From an uncultured Gemmatimonadales bacterium (GTDB lineage: Bacteria; Gemmatimonadota; Gemmatimonadetes; Palauibacterales; Palauibacteraceae): a DNA stretch of 64,000 nucleotides. A model generated the notes under the pieces. It searched no databases. It saw nothing but the letters and a program-made list of their open reading frames with translations, and was not told the origin of the DNA. The position numbers and the translations under genes were made by a program. Where the stretch lies: NCBI GenBank assembly GCA_963783385.1, contig CAWANJ010000009.1:64001-128000 (forward strand). Reading direction: 5' to 3'. Below are positions 47,403-58,229 of this stretch, one piece after another (positions within the stretch are counted from its first letter, which is position 1; every line of letters begins with the position of its first letter).

Positions 47403-47583
47403 CCCGGCTCCCTCCAAGGTCCTCGGGCGTGCATGGGTCGAAGCACGCGCGCGTTTGGCCCGGTCGGGCTGGTGGCCGGTGCGCGTCGTGCGAAGCACAC
47501 TGGCGAACACGACCGACGGATGCCAGATGCACACCGAGGCCCGCGCCCTCGCGGGCCGGCTCCTCTCTCACGCTGGAGGCGCG

Positions 47584-48558
47584 ATGGCGGACGCACACGA
47601 GAGCATGGAAGCGGTGCGCGATCTCGGGTTCGGAGCCCGGGTGGCCAACGAGCCGTGGGTGCGGCTCCTGGACCGGGACGGCTCCTACAACCTGGTCCGC
47701 AAGGGCTTCTCACGCTTCGGCTCGGTCAGTGCCTACGGTCTCCTCCACCGCATCGACTGGTGGCAGTTCTACCTGCTCGTGGCCGCCGCCTACCTCGGCG
47801 TGAACCTCCTGTTCGCCGGGGCCTACCTGGCCTGCGGACCGGACGCTCTGCGAGGGGCCGAGGCCGCCACCCTGGCCGGGCACTTCCTGGAGGCCTTCTT
47901 CTTCAGCGTGCAGACGCTCACCACGGTGGGGTATGGAACCCTGGCGCCCGCGGGGGTCGCCGCCAACGCGGTCGCCAGTGGCGAGGCGCTCCTCGGCCTG
48001 GGCGGCTTCGCGGTCGTGGCCGCGCTCTTCTTCGCGCGCCTGGCCCGTCCGCAGGCGCGGATCGGCTTCAGCGACCGGGCCGTCATCGCGCCGTATGAGG
48101 GGACCGATGCGTTCGAGTTCCGGCTGGTCAACGCGTCCAGGGACGAGCTCCTGGAGGTGGAGGTCGAGGTGGTCTACACCTTCCTCGAGGACAGGGAGGG
48201 ACGCGTGGCGCGGCGCTTCCGCCGACTGCCCCTCGAGCGCGGCCGGATCGTCTTCTTCCCCCTGCACTGGACGGTCGTCCATCCCATCGATGCCGCGAGC
48301 CCCCTGCACGGGAAGGGACACGAGGACCTGATCGGGGAGGCCGCCGAGTTCCTGGTCCAGGTCCGGGCCATCGACGAGGCCCACGCGGCTCCCGTCCTCG
48401 TGCGGACTTCCTACCGGGCCGACGAAGTCGCCTGCGGCGCTCGCTTCACGGACATCTACGAGCGTACCGCCGAAGGCGTGGTCGGAATCGACGTGCGCCG
48501 CATCCACGAGATCGAGCGGGTGTCGGCGGGAGAGGGGGAAGGGGAGGGAGTGGGCTAG
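47584..48558 (+). CDS. KirBac-like inward-rectifier K+ channel
   Basis: AFFFSVQTLTTVGYG filter, two TMs, FSDRAVI and WTVVHPIDAASPL. Confidence 0.93.
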   Translation: MADAHESMEAVRDLGFGARVANEPWVRLLDRDGSYNLVRKGFSRFGSVSAYGLLHRIDWWQFYLLVAAAYLGVNLLFAGAYLACGPDALRGAEAATLAGHFLEAFFFSVQTLTTVGYGTLAPAGVAANAVASGEALLGLGGFAVVAALFFARLARPQARIGFSDRAVIAPYEGTDAFEFRLVNASRDELLEVEVEVVYTFLEDREGRVARRFRRLPLERGRIVFFPLHWTVVHPIDAASPLHGKGHEDLIGEAAEFLVQVRAIDEAHAAPVLVRTSYRADEVACGARFTDIYERTAEGVVGIDVRRIHEIERVSAGEGEGEGVG

Positions 48559-48735
48559 AGGGTCCCGATGCGGGCGATCCCCCGGACCGGGCCACTGGCG
48601 GCGGGCTCCCTACCGCCCGACGGCCGAGCCGTTTATCCTGCTGATCTGGTCCAGTGTCATCCCGGCGTGCGTAGCCGTGCGCATCGCCGGCCTCTCTCCG
48701 GGCCGGCCGCGACTCTCCCCTGACTGGAGGCCGTC

Positions 48736-49296
48736 ATGACGACCCTCGCCGCGCTGTGGCTCCCGATCCTCGTCTCGGCCGTGATCGTGTTCGTGGCCAG
48801 CTCCCTCCTCCACATGGCCACGCCCTGGCACAAGGGCGACTACCCGGCCCTGCCCGAGCAGGACCGGATCCAGGAGGCCCTGCGACCCTTCTCGATCCCG
48901 CCCGGCGACTACATGATGCCGAGGGCCCAGAGCATGGAGGAGATGCGCACCCCCGAGTTCGCCGAAAAGATGAGCCGGGGGCCGGTCCTCGTGATGACCG
49001 TGATGCCGAGCGGTCCCATGAACATGACCCGGAGCCTCGGCCTGTGGTTCGTCTATTCGGCCGTCGTGAGCCTGTTCGCGGCCTACATCGCGGGCCGGGC
49101 GCTCGCTCCCGGGACGGACTACCTGCAGGTCTTCCGCTTCGTCGGGGCGACGGCCTTCATCGGTTACTCGGTGGCCCTGTGGCAGATGACCATCTGGTAT
49201 CACCGGGGCTGGAGCCTGACGATCAAGGCCACGATCGACGGACTCATCTACGGGTTGCTGACGGCCGGGACGTTCGGCTGGTTGTGGCCCAGGTAG
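48736..49296 (+). CDS. Conserved hypothetical membrane protein (about 4 TM)
   Basis: GGAGG RBS, strong GC3 bias and hydrophobic segments. Motifs PWHKGDY and [18 protein letters not shown]. Confidence 0.8.
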   Translation: MTTLAALWLPILVSAVIVFVASSLLHMATPWHKGDYPALPEQDRIQEALRPFSIPPGDYMMPRAQSMEEMRTPEFAEKMSRGPVLVMTVMPSGPMNMTRSLGLWFVYSAVVSLFAAYIAGRALAPGTDYLQVFRFVGATAFIGYSVALWQMTIWYHRGWSLTIKATIDGLIYGLLTAGTFGWLWPR

Positions 49297-49391
49297 GGTA
49301 GGGGTCGGCCACGAGGCTGGCTCCGGCCTCCCGCCGTGCGGTAGTTTCAAAACCGTTCCCAGGGACGGACAGTCACACGCGGAGCGTGGCC

Positions 49392-49904
49392 ATGCGCATC
49401 GCACTGCAGGTGAACGGGCGGCGGCACACCGTCGACGTGGATCCCTCGCGCAGCCTTCTCGACGTCTTGCGCGAGGAGCTCGGGCTCACCGGCACCCACT
49501 ACGGGTGCGGCGAGAGCCAGTGCGGAGCTTGCACCGTCCACCTGGGAGGCCGGGCCGTGCACGCGTGCGTCACGCCGGTGTCGGACGCGGCCGGGAAGCC
49601 CGTCACGACGATCGAGGGCCTGGCCACTGGTGGCCGGCTGCACCCGGTCCAGCGGGCGTTCCTGGACGAGGAAGCGTTCCAGTGCGCCTACTGCACACCG
49701 GGCATGATCATGGCCGGCGCCGCGCTCCTCGCCGGGAATCCCCGCCCGACCGACGCCGAGATCGTGCGCGGGATGGAGGGCAACGTCTGCCGGTGCGGGA
49801 CGCAACCTCGCATCGTGGCGGCGATCCGCCGGGCCGCCGGGCTGTCCTCGGGAGGTGGCGCCGCGGCGAAGGCCCGGGCCTCCATGACGGAGAGCCGGCC
49901 GTGA
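49392..49904 (+). CDS. iorA: (2Fe-2S) small subunit, isoquinoline 1-oxidoreductase alpha/CoxS family
   Basis: CGESQCGAC, QCAYCTPG and NVCRCG. Confidence 0.88.
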   Translation: MRIALQVNGRRHTVDVDPSRSLLDVLREELGLTGTHYGCGESQCGACTVHLGGRAVHACVTPVSDAAGKPVTTIEGLATGGRLHPVQRAFLDEEAFQCAYCTPGMIMAGAALLAGNPRPTDAEIVRGMEGNVCRCGTQPRIVAAIRRAAGLSSGGGAAAKARASMTESRP

Positions 49905-52105
49905 GCGGGCCGCGGGGAGAGGGCGAGCTCCGGGAGGTGCTCCTCCCGGGCGAGGAGGCGAGCACGACGCGTCGCCGTTTCCTGAAGGTGGTGGGCGGCG
50001 GCCTGGTCGTGGTCCTGGTGGCGCCGCGCGCCCTGGCGTGGCCGGAGGCCGCGACGGAAGGGGCCGGCGCCGGCGGCCCGGGCGGCGACCCGCGCCCGGC
50101 GGCCGGGACGCCCCGGGAGATCGCGGCCTGGCTTCAGATCGGCCCGGACGGGGTCGTCACGGTCTACACGGGCAAGGTCGAGTTCGGCCAGGGCATCCGC
50201 ACGTCCCTGGCGCAGGAGCTGGCCGAGGAGCTCCGGGTCCCGCTCGAGGCGGTGTGCATGGTCATGGGCGACACGGACCTCACGCCGTACGACATGGGGA
50301 CGTTCGGGAGCCGCTCCACCCCCCAGATGGGGACGCAGCTCCGCAAGGTCGGGGCGGCGGCGCGCCAGCTGCTGGTCCGGATGGCGGCCGAGCACTGGGC
50401 GGCCGAGCCGGGGTCGCTGACCGCGGCGGAGGGGCGCGTCACCGATCCGGCGTCGGGGCGGTCGGTCACGTACGGGGAGCTGGCCGGGGGCGAGGAGCTC
50501 ACCGAGGTCCTCGAGGATGACGTGGAGCTCACGCCACCCGCCCGCTGGAGCGTGGCCGGACGGTCCGTGCCGCGGGTGGGCGGAGCGGACCTGGTCACGG
50601 GGGCGCACCACTACACCTCGGACGTGACACGGCCCGGCATGCTGTACGGGAAGGTGCTGCGGCCGGCGTCGATCGGCGCGGCGCTCTCGGGGCTGGACAC
50701 GAGCGCGGCCGAGGGGATGGACGGGGTCGTCGTGGTGCACGACGGGGACTTCGTCGGGGTGACGGCGCCGGACACGCACGCGGCCGAGCGCGCGCTGGGG
50801 TCCATCCAGGCCATGTGGAAGCCGGCGCCGGGCCCCCGGCCCTCGTCGAAGACGATCTACGACTACCTGCGCCGGACGAGGGCGTCCTCGCGCGGCGAGC
50901 GCGAGGACGGCCGCGGTCGGGGCGCCTTCACGAAGGGCGATCCCACGGCCGCGCTCGCCGCGGCGGCCCATCGGGTGGAGCGGACCTTCACGGTGGCCTA
51001 CATCGCCCACACGCCGCTCGAGCCCCGCGCGGCGGTGGCGGGGTGGTCGAAGGGGGAGGACGGCCCCCGCCTCACGGTGTGGACCGGGACCCAGCGCCCG
51101 TTCGCCGTCCGCGAGCAGCTCGCGCACGCGTTCGGGATGCCCGTCCCGCACGTGCGCGTCATCGTTCCCGACACGGGCTCGGGCTACGGCGGAAAGCACA
51201 CGGGCGAGTGCGCGGTCGAGGCGGCGCGGCTGGCGCGGGCGGCATCGAAGCCCGTCAAGCTGGTGTGGACCCGGGAGGAGGAGTTCCGGTGGGCCTACTT
51301 CCGGCCCGCGGGCGTGATCGACGTGCGCGCCGGCGCGAGCGCGGAGGGGACGATCACCGCCTGGACCTTCGACAACTACAACTCGGGCGCTGCGGCCATC
51401 CGGCCCATGTACGACATCGCCCATCAGCGGATCGAGTTCCATGCCTCGGACTCGCCGCTGCGGCAGGGCTCCTACCGGGGGCTGGCGGCGACGGCGAACC
51501 ACTTCGCCCGGGAGATGGCCGTCGACGAGCTGACGCGCGAGGTCGGCCAGGACCCCCTCGCCTTCCGGCTGCGGAACCTGTCGGACGCACGCCTGAAGGC
51601 GGTCTTCCAGGCGGCGGCCGACCGATTCGGCTGGGGCCGCACGCCGCCCGAAGGCCACGGCGTGGGGATCGCGGGCGGGTTCGAGAAGGGAGGCTACATG
51701 GCGACCTGCGCCGAGGTGGCCGCCGACAAGGGCACCGGGTCCGTCCGGATCGTCCGGGCGGTGAACGCGTTCGACTGCGGCGCCATCGTCAACCCGGACA
51801 TCCTGAGGAACCAGGTGGAGGGCGGCCTCATCCAGGGGATCGGCGGCGCGCTGTTCGAGGCGATCGACTTCCGCGACGGCGTGATCACGAACGCGCACCT
51901 GGCCGACTACCGGGTGCCGCGCTTCTCGGACATCCCCGAGATCGAGATCGTGCTCATCGACCGGAAGGACCAGGCCTCCTACGGCGCCGGCGAGACGCCG
52001 CTCATGGGAATCGCTCCGGCGGTGGGCGCGGCCATCTTCGAGGCCACCGGCGTGCGGCCGGCCTCCCTCCCCATGGCGCGGGGCGGGCTGAGCGCGTCGG
52101 CGTAG
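49901..52105 (+). CDS. iorB: Molybdopterin-binding subunit, isoquinoline 1-oxidoreductase beta family, Tat-exported
   Basis: GTGA overlap, TRRRFLK Tat motif, GKVEFGQG, GSGYGGK, QVEGG and GAGE. Confidence 0.88.
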   Translation: MSGPRGEGELREVLLPGEEASTTRRRFLKVVGGGLVVVLVAPRALAWPEAATEGAGAGGPGGDPRPAAGTPREIAAWLQIGPDGVVTVYTGKVEFGQGIRTSLAQELAEELRVPLEAVCMVMGDTDLTPYDMGTFGSRSTPQMGTQLRKVGAAARQLLVRMAAEHWAAEPGSLTAAEGRVTDPASGRSVTYGELAGGEELTEVLEDDVELTPPARWSVAGRSVPRVGGADLVTGAHHYTSDVTRPGMLYGKVLRPASIGAALSGLDTSAAEGMDGVVVVHDGDFVGVTAPDTHAAERALGSIQAMWKPAPGPRPSSKTIYDYLRRTRASSRGEREDGRGRGAFTKGDPTAALAAAAHRVERTFTVAYIAHTPLEPRAAVAGWSKGEDGPRLTVWTGTQRPFAVREQLAHAFGMPVPHVRVIVPDTGSGYGGKHTGECAVEAARLARAASKPVKLVWTREEEFRWAYFRPAGVIDVRAGASAEGTITAWTFDNYNSGAAAIRPMYDIAHQRIEFHASDSPLRQGSYRGLAATANHFAREMAVDELTREVGQDPLAFRLRNLSDARLKAVFQAAADRFGWGRTPPEGHGVGIAGGFEKGGYMATCAEVAADKGTGSVRIVRAVNAFDCGAIVNPDILRNQVEGGLIQGIGGALFEAIDFRDGVITNAHLADYRVPRFSDIPEIEIVLIDRKDQASYGAGETPLMGIAPAVGAAIFEATGVRPASLPMARGGLSASA

Positions 52106-52138
52106 GAACGACGACGCCCTCGGCCCGTACCAGCCCCC

Positions 52139-52390
52139 GTGATCCTCGATCTCCTGTTCGGCTTCGGTGGTCTCCTCATCCTCGCCGCCGGCCTCCTGGT
52201 CCGCTGGCGGATCCGGGAGGCCACGCGTCGCCGCCCGCCCGAGGTCACCGACGAAGCGCTTCGCCGAATCGTGGAGGAGGGCGTGCTCCGCAATGACGAT
52301 CCGGGCCCGCTGGACGAGGAGACGATCCGCGAGGAGGAGGACCGCTTCTGGTCCGAGACCTGGGATCGCCCCGAGAACCTGTGGGAGTAG
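52139..52390 (+). CDS. Small hypothetical membrane protein
   Basis: N-terminal TM and acidic tail (IREEEDRFWSETWD). Coding-like GC3. Confidence 0.65.
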   Translation: MILDLLFGFGGLLILAAGLLVRWRIREATRRRPPEVTDEALRRIVEEGVLRNDDPGPLDEETIREEEDRFWSETWDRPENLWE

Positions 52391-52408
52391 GCGATCGGCC
52401 GCGGACCT

Positions 52409-53038
52409 CTATCCGAGTCGCCCGCTGAACCTCCGCCACGGTAGGCACCAGCCCGCTTCCCGCTCCGAGTCGTCCGCGTCGCGGGCGCGGGCGATCCCGC
52501 CGTCCACCGTACGCGTGACGACCGGCGGCGGGGCGGGCGCCAGCAGGCTGCGGCCCGTCGGGTCGGCGAAGCCCCGCTGGCGCGCCTCGTCCCGGGTGAG
52601 GGGGATGAAGCGCCCGTCCGTCGCCCCCACCCGAAGGGCCTCGCTGAGGTCCGACAGGTACGTCCCGTGCCGCGCCTGCAGCCATGCGGCGATGCGGGCC
52701 AGCTCGGACTCCACGGCGCCCGGCAGGCCCGGGTCGTCCGGGCGGGGCCGGTCGCGCGTGTGGAGGCGTCCGTCGGGGCGAAGGTAGGCCCGGGGCACCG
52801 CCCAGCGAGGGTCGCCGCGGCCCAGCAGGCTGGACGCCTCGTCCAGGTAGGCCACCGCCAGGAGCCGGGCCAGGGGTTCGAGCCCCCCGTGCGAGCGGCC
52901 CGCCATCAGGAGCCAGTGGTAGCTGTGCCGCGAGGCGTGCTTGGCGATGAGCGCCACGGTCCGCGGCGTGGGCGGATTGAGCCGCATGAGGACGAGCTCG
53001 AACCGACGCCCCGCGCCCGATGTGCGCGGGGCGCTCAC
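52409..53038 (-). CDS. Hypothetical protein
   Basis: 209-aa ORF with a GGAGG-like RBS and coding-like GC3. No family recognised. Confidence 0.55.
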   Translation of the reverse strand: MSAPRTSGAGRRFELVLMRLNPPTPRTVALIAKHASRHSYHWLLMAGRSHGGLEPLARLLAVAYLDEASSLLGRGDPRWAVPRAYLRPDGRLHTRDRPRPDDPGLPGAVESELARIAAWLQARHGTYLSDLSEALRVGATDGRFIPLTRDEARQRGFADPTGRSLLAPAPPPVVTRTVDGGIARARDADDSEREAGWCLPWRRFSGRLG

Positions 53039-53102
53039 GCCGCCCCTCCCGTGTCCCGTCTCGACCTCACCGCGCCGTCTCCCCGCGTCCGTCGACCGCC
53101 CG

Positions 53103-54900
53103 CTAACGACTCCCGTCCGCCCGTCGATACACCACCCGGCCGCCCACGATCGTGAGGTCGACCTTCGCGGTCGGAATCGAGTCGGCGGGGATGGTCATGA
53201 GGTCCTTCGAGAGGACGACCACGTCGCCCAGCTTCCCGGGCGTGAGCGAGCCGAGCTCGTGCTCCTCGAACAGCGCGTAGGCCGCGTTGATCGTGTAGGA
53301 GCGAAGCGCCTCCTCACGGGTCATCTTCTCTTCGGGGAAGAAGAGCTTCCCGTTCGACAGCCTGCGCGTGACCGCGCAGTAGAAGTTGGGGATCGGGTCC
53401 AGCCGCTCCACCGGGGCGTCGGTGCCATTGGCGATGATGGCGCCCGCGTCCATGAGCTTCCGCCACGCGTAGGCGCCAGCCTTCGCCCGCTCCTCGCCCA
53501 GTCGTGTCACCACGTAGGGGCCGTCGGAGCAGGCGTGCAGTGTCTGCATGGAGGCGATCACGTGCATCTCGCCGAACCGGGGGATGTCGGCGGGGTCCAG
53601 GTGCTGGGCGTGCTCGATCCTCCAGCGGAGGTCCTTCGCTCCGGGGTGCTCCCGCGAAGATCTGCTGGAAGGTGTCCAGCACCTCGCGGTTGGCCCGGTC
53701 CCCGATGGCGTGCACGGTGACCTGGAAGCCGTTCCTCAGCGCGACCTCCGCCTCGCCCCGTATTCGGGCAATGGGCGTGACGTTGAGGCCCGACGTGGAG
53801 GGAAGGTCCGCATATGGCTTCAGGAACCAGGCGCTGTGCGTGCCGAGCGCCCCGTCCGAGAGGACCTCGCCCACGGCGCGCACGGTGAGGTGGTCGTCGC
53901 CGTAGCCCACCAGCCAGTGGTCGGGGAGGTGGCGGGCCAGACTGTCCGGTGACATGGACTCGACCTCCACGTACAGCCGGATCGGCACCTTCCCGGCGGC
54001 CACCTGCTGCTTGAGGAAGTCGAGGGTCGCGAACGACTCGCCCTGGTCGTCGAAGCCGGTGACGCCGGTGGAGACCGCGTCGTGCGAGGCCAGTCGCACC
54101 GTCTCGGCCATGTCCGCCCGGACCTGCTCGGGCGTGCGGCGGTCCAGGTCGCGCTGGTAGACGCGCCGCACGAGGCCCTGGGCGTTGTCCCGCAGCATTC
54201 CGATGGCGTGCCCGTTCGCATCCCGGACGATCTCGCCCCCCTCCGGGCTGGGCGTGGCGTCGGTGATCCCGGCCAGCTCGAGCGCCTTGCCGTTCACGAA
54301 GGAGGCGTGGCCGCTGGCGTGCTCGAGCAGCACCGGGTTGTCGGGCGAGACCGAGTCCAGGCTGGCGTGGAGGGGAAGCCCCTCGACGTTCGGATGCGGG
54401 GGATGCTCCCACTTGGCCTGGTGCCATCCCTGGCCGAGGATCCACTCGCCGGGCTCGGCCTTCCTGGCCGCCTCGGCCACCTTCGCCACGATGTCACTCC
54501 AGGTGGGGACGCCCATGAGGTCGAGCTGCTTGAGGGATTCTCCCAGTCCCATGAAGTGGGCGTGCGCGTCGATGAAGCCGGGAATGGCCAGTCGGCCGCG
54601 GAGGTCGACGACCTTCGTGTCAGGGCCCACAAAGCGCTGAATGGCCGCGTCGCTCCCCACGGCCAGGATGCGGTGGTCCCGGATGGCCAGGGCCTCGGCG
54701 CGGGGCTGCGCCGAATCGACGGTCACGATCTTCCCGTGCTCGAGCACGAGGTCGGCCGGGCCCCGCTCCCAGTACCAGTCGCCGTGGGCCGTCCGGATGG
54801 CGGGGGGCGGTCCCTGCTGGGCGCGCAGGCTCGAGGTGAGGACGGCGACGGCGACCACGGCGAGCCCGAAAACCTGCGGTGGGTAGCTACACGGCCTCAT
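53103..54900 (-). CDS. Exported amidohydrolase (Amidohydro_3/YtcJ-like), +1 frameshift at about 53652
   Basis: PGFIDAHAH, DGALG and HAIGDRAN in one frame. RWRIEHAQ, GTDAPVE and GKLGD in the next frame. Confidence 0.9.
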
Positions 54901-54987
54901 GCTGCTATCTCCTTGCCTCCATCGAATCGTAGGCTGCGGCCGGGACGGGGTGACGCGTGCCCCGGCCGGCGCGGCTCGTGGTGACTC

Positions 54988-56382
54988 TCAAGTCACCTCG
55001 GCCAGGCACTCCCGCAGGATGGCCAGGCCCGCGTCCACGTCCCCCTCGTCCACCACCAGAGGTGGTGCCAGCCTCAGGGTGCTGCGCCCGCAACCCAGGA
55101 TGAGGAGCCCCCGGCCGAAGGCGGCCTTCTCCAGCGCCGAGACGAGCTCGGGCGCGGGCTCGCGGGTGTCCCGGTCCCGGACGAACTCGACCCCGATCAT
55201 GAGGCCGAGGCCGCGCACGTCGCCGATCGCGTCGAACTCTCCCTGCAGCTCGCGCACGCCCTGCATGAGCCGCTCGCCCATGTGCGCCGCGTTGTCGCAC
55301 AGCCCCTCCTCGACCAGGTCGAGAGTGGCCAGCGCCGCCGCGCAGCATACCGGGTTGCCCCCGAACGTGGACCCGTGGGAGCCCGACTCCCAGCCCGTGG
55401 CAGCCTCGGTGGCGACGATGGCGCCGATCGGCATGCCGGAGCCGAGGCCCTTGGCGGTGAGGAGGATGTCCGGCTCGACCCCCGTGTGCTCGATCGCGAA
55501 CATCTTGCCCGTGCGCCCGATCCCCGACTGGATCTCGTCGGCGACCAGCAGGATGCCGTGCCGGTCGCACAGGTCGCGCAGGGCGGGGAGCCAGTCCGGG
55601 GGCGGCAGCACGTAGCCGCCCTCGCCCTGCAGGGGCTCCACGAAGATCGCGGCGACGTCCTCCGGCGCCAGCTCCCGGCGGAACAGGTCCTCCTCCAGGG
55701 TGCGCACGCAGTACAGCGCGCACCCGGGGTAGGTCTTCCCGTAGTCGCACCGGTAGCAGTAGCCGTAGGGGACGTGATGGACGCCCGGCAGGAAGGGCCC
55801 GAACCCGGCCCGCTGCTTCACCTTGCTCGAGGTGAGACTCATGCCGCCGTAGGTGCGGCCGTGGAAGGCGCCCTTGAAGGCGATGATGTCGGTGCGTCCC
55901 GTCGTCCGCCGCGCCAGCTTGATGGCGCCCTCCACGGCTTCGGTGCCCGAGTTGCTGACGAAGACGCGCTTGGGACTCGGGCCCGGCGCCACTCGGGCCA
56001 GCCGCTCGCACAGGTCCGCGAGGCCCGGGTAGTGGAAGTCGCTTCCGCAGATGTGGAGGAAGTCCTCCGCCGCCTCCTGGATGGCCTTCACGACCTTCGG
56101 ATGGGAGTGGCCGGTGGCCGCGACCGCGATCCCGGCCATGAAGTCCAGGAAGCGGTTCCCGTCCACGTCCTCGATCATGGCGCCCCGGCCCCGGGCCACG
56201 ACGAGGGGGTACTCCTTGATGTAGCAGGAGGACGCGAAGCGGGCGTCGCGCTCGACCACCTCCCGGGCGCGCGGGCCCGGAGGAGGCACGACGATCCTGG
56301 GATAGTCGTGGTCGCGCGTGGCCGTCCCCGTCGAGGACGCGGCCCCCGCGCCGGAGCCGCCGGCGCCGCTCGCGGGGCTCAC
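54988..56382 (-). CDS. Class III PLP aminotransferase (4-aminobutyrate/ornithine-type)
   Basis: NSGTEAVE, AFHGRT, EPLQGEGG, DEIQSGIGRTG and AKGLGSG. GTGA overlap with the upstream gene. Confidence 0.93.
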   Translation of the reverse strand: MSPASGAGGSGAGAASSTGTATRDHDYPRIVVPPPGPRAREVVERDARFASSCYIKEYPLVVARGRGAMIEDVDGNRFLDFMAGIAVAATGHSHPKVVKAIQEAAEDFLHICGSDFHYPGLADLCERLARVAPGPSPKRVFVSNSGTEAVEGAIKLARRTTGRTDIIAFKGAFHGRTYGGMSLTSSKVKQRAGFGPFLPGVHHVPYGYCYRCDYGKTYPGCALYCVRTLEEDLFRRELAPEDVAAIFVEPLQGEGGYVLPPPDWLPALRDLCDRHGILLVADEIQSGIGRTGKMFAIEHTGVEPDILLTAKGLGSGMPIGAIVATEAATGWESGSHGSTFGGNPVCCAAALATLDLVEEGLCDNAAHMGERLMQGVRELQGEFDAIGDVRGLGLMIGVEFVRDRDTREPAPELVSALEKAAFGRGLLILGCGRSTLRLAPPLVVDEGDVDAGLAILRECLAEVT

Positions 56383-57971
56383 GCGTCGCCTCCGATCACC
56401 GTGCGGCTCTGCTCGCGCATGAACTGGGCGACGTAGTACGGTCCGCAGCCGCCCTTGCCCGTCGAGCCGGAGCCCTTCCAGCCGCAGAACGGCTGGGCGC
56501 CCGGCCAGGCGCCCGTGGTCGCCCCCGTGCGCTTGTTGGCGTAACACACGCCCGCCTCGATCTCGTCGAAGAAGCGCTCGATCTCCTCTTCGCGGCCCGT
56601 GAAGATGCCGCTGGTGAGGCCGTAGGGCGCCCGGTTGGTCTCGCGGATCGCCTCGTCGAGGCCGGAGACCTCGCCCACGGCCAGGAAGGGGACGAACAGC
56701 TCCTCGGTGAACAGGGCGCTGGACAGGGGCAGGGTGGCCACGGTGGGCGCCACGTACAGTCCCTTCGCCAGATCCCCTTCTTTGAGCCGGTGGCCGCCGG
56801 TGAGGACCTCTCCTTCCTCGCGGGCCCGGGCCACGGCGCGCTCGTAGCGCTCCACCGAGGAGGGCTCGATGAGCGGGCCGAAGTTGACGTCGCGCTCGGT
56901 GGGATCCCCGATCACGACCTCGGCGGTCTTCTCGAGCAGGAGCCGGACGAACTCCTCGGCCACGTCACGGTGCACGTACACGCGGGAGGTGGCGCTGCAC
57001 TTCTGGTTCTGGAGCCCCCAGGCTCCGCGCGCCACACCCTCCGCCGCGGCCTCGAGGTCGGCGGTGTCCATGACGAGGGCGGCGTTCTTGCCGCCCAGCT
57101 CCATGAGGCAGGGCTTGATCCACTCACGGCCGAGGCCGTGGTGGATCTTCATCCCGACCTCGCGCGAGCCGGTGAACACGACGCCATCCACGCCGGGGTG
57201 CCGCCACAGCGGCTCGCCGGCCTCCTCGCCGCGCCCGGAAACGTACGAGAAGGCGTCGGCGGGGACGCCGGCCTCCATGTAGATGTCGTACAGCCGGAGC
57301 CCCGTCCAGGGCGTCTGCTCGGCCGGCTTGTAGATCACCGTGTTGCCGGTGGCCAGGGCGGCCGCGGACATGCCGGTCGACAGCGCCATGGGGAAGTTGA
57401 ACGGCGAGATGCAGGCGAACACGCCGTACGGGCGCAGCACGTCGATGTTGCGCTCGTGGGGCGTCACCCGGGCCATCTCCCGGACGAAGCCGTCCGCTTC
57501 CTCCACCTGGGAGCAGTAGTAGTCGACCAGGTCGGCGGCCTCTTCCGCGTCCCCCATGGACTCCAGCCGGCTCTTCCCGACCTCGAGGCTCATGGTGGCC
57601 GCCAGGAGGTACTTGCGCTCACGGATGAGCGCCGCGGCCGCGCGCAGGATCTCGAGGCGTTCGCGCCACGGGAGGCGCGCCCACTCCGCCCGTCCGCGCC
57701 GCGCCGCGGTCACCGCCTCGGAGACCTCGTCCTGGCCGGCGGCGGCGAAGCGCCCGAGCACGAACGAGGTGTCGATCGGGGTCACGTCCTCGATCGGGTC
57801 GTGCGAGCCCGGCACCTCACGTCCCCCGATGAACAGGGGATGCTCCTGTCCCGAGGCGCCGCGCACGGTCTCCAGGGCCTGGTCGAACCGGACGTGGAAC
57901 GCCTCCATGTCGACGTTCGCGCTCGTGTAGGTCACCTTCTCGCTTCCGCCGTCGCCTGGGTTCGGCGCCAT
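56379..57971 (-). CDS. Aldehyde dehydrogenase, 1-pyrroline-5-carboxylate dehydrogenase-like
   Basis: ISPFNFP, FTGS, ELGGKN, NQKCSATSR, EELFVP and GWKGSG. Confidence 0.9.
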   Translation of the reverse strand: MAPNPGDGGSEKVTYTSANVDMEAFHVRFDQALETVRGASGQEHPLFIGGREVPGSHDPIEDVTPIDTSFVLGRFAAAGQDEVSEAVTAARRGRAEWARLPWRERLEILRAAAALIRERKYLLAATMSLEVGKSRLESMGDAEEAADLVDYYCSQVEEADGFVREMARVTPHERNIDVLRPYGVFACISPFNFPMALSTGMSAAALATGNTVIYKPAEQTPWTGLRLYDIYMEAGVPADAFSYVSGRGEEAGEPLWRHPGVDGVVFTGSREVGMKIHHGLGREWIKPCLMELGGKNAALVMDTADLEAAAEGVARGAWGLQNQKCSATSRVYVHRDVAEEFVRLLLEKTAEVVIGDPTERDVNFGPLIEPSSVERYERAVARAREEGEVLTGGHRLKEGDLAKGLYVAPTVATLPLSSALFTEELFVPFLAVGEVSGLDEAIRETNRAPYGLTSGIFTGREEEIERFFDEIEAGVCYANKRTGATTGAWPGAQPFCGWKGSGSTGKGGCGPYYVAQFMREQSRTVIGGDA

Positions 57972-58229
57972 GAACCGTCCTCCCGCCCGAGGGCCCTGAA
58001 TGCGTGGCGACTCGTCCGCCCGGGGGTGCGAGCCGCGAAGGGCGAGAGTATAGTGGCGCACGGTATACCAAGGCCAGACGAGGGCGAGCTCGGTCGCCCG
58101 TCGCCGGGCCGAGGCCCCTGGTGTGGGCCGGCCGCGCCCCGGCGCGGCGGCGATCGAGAGCGCGACGCACGCACGGCGGAACGCCGGCGGGCGCGCGAAC
58201 AGAGTGGATCTCCGTGGGAGCCGGACCCG

